Below the pieces are notes generated by a model that was not told the DNA's origin, did not search any database, and saw only the letters and a list, made by a program, of their open reading frames with translations. Of a DNA stretch of 24,917 bases, positions 21,179 through 24,917 are shown one piece after another. The stretch's first letter is position 1, and every line of letters begins with the position of its first letter. This DNA is from a virus (lineage: Duplodnaviria; Caudoviricetes), in IMG/VR virus record IMGVR_UViG_3300014656_000129, positions 1 through 24,917 of that record; one strand, written 5' to 3'. The translations under genes were made by a program, and so were the position numbers.

Positions 21179-22749
21179 TGGCCGGTGAGACCACGATCCG
21201 CAGCTTGCTCGTCCGTCTCGGCGTAAAGACCGACGACAAGAAGCTCGCCAAATTCGACCAAAGTATCGATAAGGCCAAGCGGAATATGGCTATTGCTGGC
21301 ACGGCTGCTGTTGGCCTTGTAGCTGGCATCGCTGCCATCGTGGTGAAGGCTGCTCAGTACGGCGACGCGATGGCGAAGAACGCCCGCATGACGAGCCACA
21401 CGGTCACGGGTCTCCAGGAGATGGACTACGTGTTCCAGCGATCTGGCTCCACGCTGTCGGCGTACATTGCTGCCCAGCGCCGGTTCCCCAAGATGCTGCT
21501 GGACGCGAAGCGTGGCTTGTCTACGTCCACGGATACGCTCAAGGAATTGAATCTCAGTTACAAGGATTTGATCGATCTATCACCGGAGGACGCCTTCACG
21601 CGGGTAGCTGACGCTCTCAAGGGGGTAGACAACGACATGACCCGTGCTGCGCTTGCCCAGGAGGTGTTCGGGCGTGGTGGTATGGAGATCCTGAAGATCG
21701 TCAACGACCAAGAAAACAGCGTTGCGAGCTTGCGCGAGGAGGCGCGAGCCCTGGGCTACATCATGTCAGAGGAGACGGCCAAGGCGTCTGAAGAGATGGT
21801 GGACCGCCTGCTGGACCTCAAGATGATGGGCCTGGGCGTCCGCAATATGTTCGCGGACAGCTTGATCCCCAAGACCAATGAGTATCTGACGCTTGCTCGG
21901 GACTGGTACGTCGCCAACCGGAATCTCATCGAGCAGCGCGTGGACAAGATGGCTGAACGGATCGCTAACGGTATCGAGCGAGTCGCGAAATTCGGGCGCA
22001 AACTGGATGAGGTTGCTCAGTCTTTTGGTGGTTGGAAAAAGGTACTGACGCCAATCGTTACCGCGGTCGGAGTGTTGGCAACAGCGCAATTCGTGGCTCC
22101 TCTTATAACTGCCGCTGGGTCGATGGCTTCCATGGCTGCTGCTGCTGGGGTTGCGTCGATTGCTGTAGGAGCGACCCTGGTTGGTGGTTTGATCGTGGTC
22201 CTCGCTCTCATTGTGGAGATCGCTCTCGTTATGGACGATTTCAACATCGCACTCCAGGGTGGGGATGCGATGCTGACCGATACCGTTCAGACGTGGCTGT
22301 CGTACCGGGACGCGCTTATGGAGAGCCATGGTCTGCTGGGAGCATCCTTGCTTGCCATGGCTGAGATGAATCCATGGGCGGCGAAGATTCGCGACTCGTG
22401 GTTCAGCATAGAAAAGTATTTGGGTGGCAGCTGGGGCTACATCAAGAAGATGGTCGGAGTAGCCAACAAGATTTCTCCATACCTGGAACTGGTATCACCC
22501 GTCGCGTACCTCCAGGGGACCACGCAGAGGGCAGCACGGTCTATGGGAGAAGGATTGGCTGGGAAGGCGGTCTCAGGTTCCAAGGGGGCGGCCCCCGAGC
22601 TGTACGGTGGCAAGCGTGTAAGCGTGGCTGGAACGACCGTCAACATCTACGGCGTGGAGGGTGCGGCCGAAGCACGGAATGTCATCACTCGGGAGATCAA
22701 CCTGAAGCAGCGCCAGGCGGCAGCAGCGCTGTCTGGGAGTGAGTACTGA
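21178..22749 (+). CDS. tail tape measure protein
   Basis: TIRSLLVRLG.KTD N-terminus, Ala-rich helical composition, SPEDAF..VADAL....R.ALA.EVFGRGG motif and hydrophobic segments. Follows the chaperone. Confidence 0.9.
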   Translation: MAGETTIRSLLVRLGVKTDDKKLAKFDQSIDKAKRNMAIAGTAAVGLVAGIAAIVVKAAQYGDAMAKNARMTSHTVTGLQEMDYVFQRSGSTLSAYIAAQRRFPKMLLDAKRGLSTSTDTLKELNLSYKDLIDLSPEDAFTRVADALKGVDNDMTRAALAQEVFGRGGMEILKIVNDQENSVASLREEARALGYIMSEETAKASEEMVDRLLDLKMMGLGVRNMFADSLIPKTNEYLTLARDWYVANRNLIEQRVDKMAERIANGIERVAKFGRKLDEVAQSFGGWKKVLTPIVTAVGVLATAQFVAPLITAAGSMASMAAAAGVASIAVGATLVGGLIVVLALIVEIALVMDDFNIALQGGDAMLTDTVQTWLSYRDALMESHGLLGASLLAMAEMNPWAAKIRDSWFSIEKYLGGSWGYIKKMVGVANKISPYLELVSPVAYLQGTTQRAARSMGEGLAGKAVSGSKGAAPELYGGKRVSVAGTTVNIYGVEGAAEARNVITREINLKQRQAAAALSGSEY

Positions 22750-23300
22750 TGGCTGGGCACATCACTCTCATCAACCCCACCCTGGGCTCGCTGGTATTCG
22801 ACGGCGTGGTGCGCGTGGGGTTCGAGGAGTCCGCTCGCGTGACCCAACATCCTATCGAGGACGGGACAACTATCACCGACCACGTTCAGGCCGAGCCGTT
22901 ACCAATCATCATCGAGGGGGCTGTGAGCCAGTCCCCGTGGCCCGACTCCCCAAATGCCCTATCGCTGAACCCATCTATTGATGCGGTCAGCTGGTTGCGT
23001 AGCTCGATTGGGGTTCTCCTGACGGTGGTCTCCCTGCGTGACGGCACGTTTACCAACATGGCGATCCAGCGGTTTTCGCACGAGACAACCAAGGTGACGG
23101 GAAAGCGCTTCTCGGTGGAGTTAATCCAGATCATCATCGCAGCGACGGGCGTGACGATCATTCCGCCGAGCGCCCCAAGCTCGTTTCAAGCTGGTGAGGA
23201 CGTGGGCTCGCAGGCGATGACCGAGGTGGGTGTTGACGAGTCATCCCAGGCTGGACAAGCGCAATCTATTATTCAGGCGATAAAGGGGTTGATGAGCTAA
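22749..23300 (+). CDS. baseplate/tail tube initiator protein (Dit-like)
   Basis: FDG.......A.VTQHPIE.G..ITDH....P....EG.VS and TV.......NMAI motifs. Follows the tape measure gene. Confidence 0.8.
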   Translation: MAGHITLINPTLGSLVFDGVVRVGFEESARVTQHPIEDGTTITDHVQAEPLPIIIEGAVSQSPWPDSPNALSLNPSIDAVSWLRSSIGVLLTVVSLRDGTFTNMAIQRFSHETTKVTGKRFSVELIQIIIAATGVTIIPPSAPSSFQAGEDVGSQAMTEVGVDESSQAGQAQSIIQAIKGLMS

Positions 23301-23668
23301 TGGCGTTCATCTTGACCACGTTCCCCCAGCTACCAGACACCACCCAGACGGTGACGGTCGGGGAACAGCAGTACGCCATCCGGCTTTACTGGCGAGAGCG
23401 GCTCCAGGGCTGGTACATGAGCATCTGGCTGGCTGACGGGACTGCCGTGTTGCTCGGTCGTAGACTGTCGTCCGACTACGGCCCCATGATAGGGATCGTG
23501 CCGTTGAATCGGCCTGCTGGTGAGTTTCTGGTACAGGGGCCAAGCGGGTACAACCGGCTCGACCTCGGATCTCAAGAGGGGGCAGCTATGCTCCTGTGGT
23601 ACTTTGGCGTGGAGGACTTCCCGGCGTCCACGTCTGACGATCTGGACATGACATACACCGTCCCGTAG
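23300..23668 (+). CDS. small baseplate protein
   Basis: Q.VT.....Y..RL.W.ER...WYM.I...DG...L.G.RL pattern, in the usual position before the hub gene. Confidence 0.75.
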   Translation: MAFILTTFPQLPDTTQTVTVGEQQYAIRLYWRERLQGWYMSIWLADGTAVLLGRRLSSDYGPMIGIVPLNRPAGEFLVQGPSGYNRLDLGSQEGAAMLLWYFGVEDFPASTSDDLDMTYTVP

Positions 23669-23685
23669 GGGCGTAGGAGGATGCG

Positions 23686-24036
23686 ATGACGAAAAAGGAA
23701 AAATCCGAGCAAACGTCTCTCACCAAGGACCCCGTGCTGGTTGCCCTGTCTGCCAAGTACGGGACCCCGGTGGCGTCCCTAGTGGAGATGGCCGAGTGCC
23801 TGACCACGGACCTGGCAGCAGAGATCCTGGTGCGTGTCGGTGGGGCTGGTGATGAGGGAGACCCACTCCCCGTTCGGCTGCTCGGCGTCCTGGAGCGGAT
23901 CTCCAAGGACAGGGGTGGTCGAGTCCATCGGCTGAACACCTGCCGCAATGTCTGCGGTGACGACGGGCTGGCCTCGGCCATGCACTTCACCATCAAGCGC
24001 ATGAGGCGCGAGCGCGGCGAGCAGCCGTACACCTGA
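23686..24036 (+). CDS. hypothetical protein inserted among baseplate genes
   Basis: Has its own RBS (AGGAGG) and no recognised motif. Confidence 0.65.
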   Translation: MTKKEKSEQTSLTKDPVLVALSAKYGTPVASLVEMAECLTTDLAAEILVRVGGAGDEGDPLPVRLLGVLERISKDRGGRVHRLNTCRNVCGDDGLASAMHFTIKRMRRERGEQPYT

Positions 24037-24046
24037 GAGGTATCGT

Positions 24047-24865
24047 GTGGAGCTGTATGGCCGAACATCTGCCCTCCAGATCGGTGTTGCCGGATCCGCT
24101 GGCATCACGTCGTCAGGGCTGCGTATCCGGTTCCGCATCGAGTGCTCCCGCACGGCTGCGCCCAACAAGGCTGAGCTGACCATCTACAACTTGAGCAGGG
24201 CGAGTCGCACGCTGCTCCTGGTACCCACCGTCACCGTGCGATTCCTCGCTGGGTACACCGCCCCCTCGCTGCTGTTCGCCGGGAACCCGATCAAGGGCGG
24301 TATCGCCATCGAGCGCCAGGGGCCGGACACCGTTACGACGGTCTCAGCTCAGGACGGTGGCAACGCGCTGAAGAATACGCGGATCGAGCTGTCCTTCACG
24401 ACGGCGACCAAGCTGTCCCAGGTGTACGCCGCGGTGCTGGCCCAGCTGGCAATCGCGCCTGGAGTGGTCCAGCTGGCCAACGACATCGAGCTATCATCCG
24501 GGTTCGCCTACGTGGGACCAGCTGGCCCGCTGCTCAACCGCCTGGCTCTGATGTCGGAGGGCGACTGGTGGGTATCAGACGAGACCCTGTACCTGATAGG
24601 TAATGGGCTCTCAGCTGGGACTCCCGCGGTCACGTTCAGTGCCACGGCACGCAGCCTCATCGGTGAGCCAACGGTCAGGGCAGACGGGCGAGTAGAGGCC
24701 CGGGGACTACTGTCTCCTACGCTTCGACCAGGCGGTCTGTTTACGATCCAGTCGTCCAAGACCAATGGAACCTACGTGGCCGAGGATGTTGTGTTCGTCG
24801 GGGATACAGGTGGCTGGGAGACCCCGTACTACACCGAGGCGGTGGGGAAGCCGCTGGCAGCATGA
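24047..24865 (+). CDS. baseplate hub protein
   Basis: LRI.F.I......PN.A.L.IYNLS, V...AGY....LLF.G, R.GPD.VT...A.DG, LIG.P and LL.P.LRPG motifs. Confidence 0.85.
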   Translation: MELYGRTSALQIGVAGSAGITSSGLRIRFRIECSRTAAPNKAELTIYNLSRASRTLLLVPTVTVRFLAGYTAPSLLFAGNPIKGGIAIERQGPDTVTTVSAQDGGNALKNTRIELSFTTATKLSQVYAAVLAQLAIAPGVVQLANDIELSSGFAYVGPAGPLLNRLALMSEGDWWVSDETLYLIGNGLSAGTPAVTFSATARSLIGEPTVRADGRVEARGLLSPTLRPGGLFTIQSSKTNGTYVAEDVVFVGDTGGWETPYYTEAVGKPLAA

Positions 24866-24917
24866 GCGACAACATCACATCGAACAACCCGAGCCTGGAG
24901 GACGTCATCGCTGAGGC
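24862..24917 (+). CDS. start of the next baseplate gene (probably the spike), 3'-truncated
   Basis: ATGA overlap with the hub stop. MSDNITSNNPSLEDVIAE is open to the window edge. Product inferred from gene order only. Confidence 0.5.
   Translation, partial: MSDNITSNNPSLEDVIAE

Noticed and set aside
1-24917. Stop-codon reassignment or diversity-generating retroelement
   Set aside because: Core genes are intact in the standard code and end in TGA, TAA or TAG. No reverse transcriptase or adenine-variable repeat pair was seen.

Overview
A GC-rich segment of a tailed dsDNA phage or prophage with a contractile tail (myovirus-type). Positions 1-5530 hold about 17 short, tightly coupled + strand accessory genes, including a DUF488-like protein, an ASCH-domain protein and several Cys-rich proteins. 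After a repeat-rich intergenic region (5580-5770) comes a nearly complete morphogenesis module: terminase small and large subunits, DUF1073-type portal, MuF-like minor head protein, DUF2213-type protease/scaffold, cement-like protein, DUF2184-type major capsid protein, neck genes, sheath, tube, a tail chaperone with a -1 frameshift, tape measure and baseplate genes. The most notable element is a minus-strand cassette inside the head operon (11230-11964). It has a promoter/operator candidate, a Phd/YefM-like antitoxin gene, an 86-aa unknown gene, an initiator-type tRNA-Met(CAT) with non-canonical C31:G39 and U3:G70 pairs, and an intrinsic terminator. I infer a possible counter-defence module against toxins that target tRNA-fMet. 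Other signals include recurrent R-x-D motifs at domain boundaries of head proteins, TGCACCCAT repeats before terS, a candidate pseudoknot after the capsid gene and shared junction sequences among early genes. Family assignments come from motif recognition and gene order, not from database searches.
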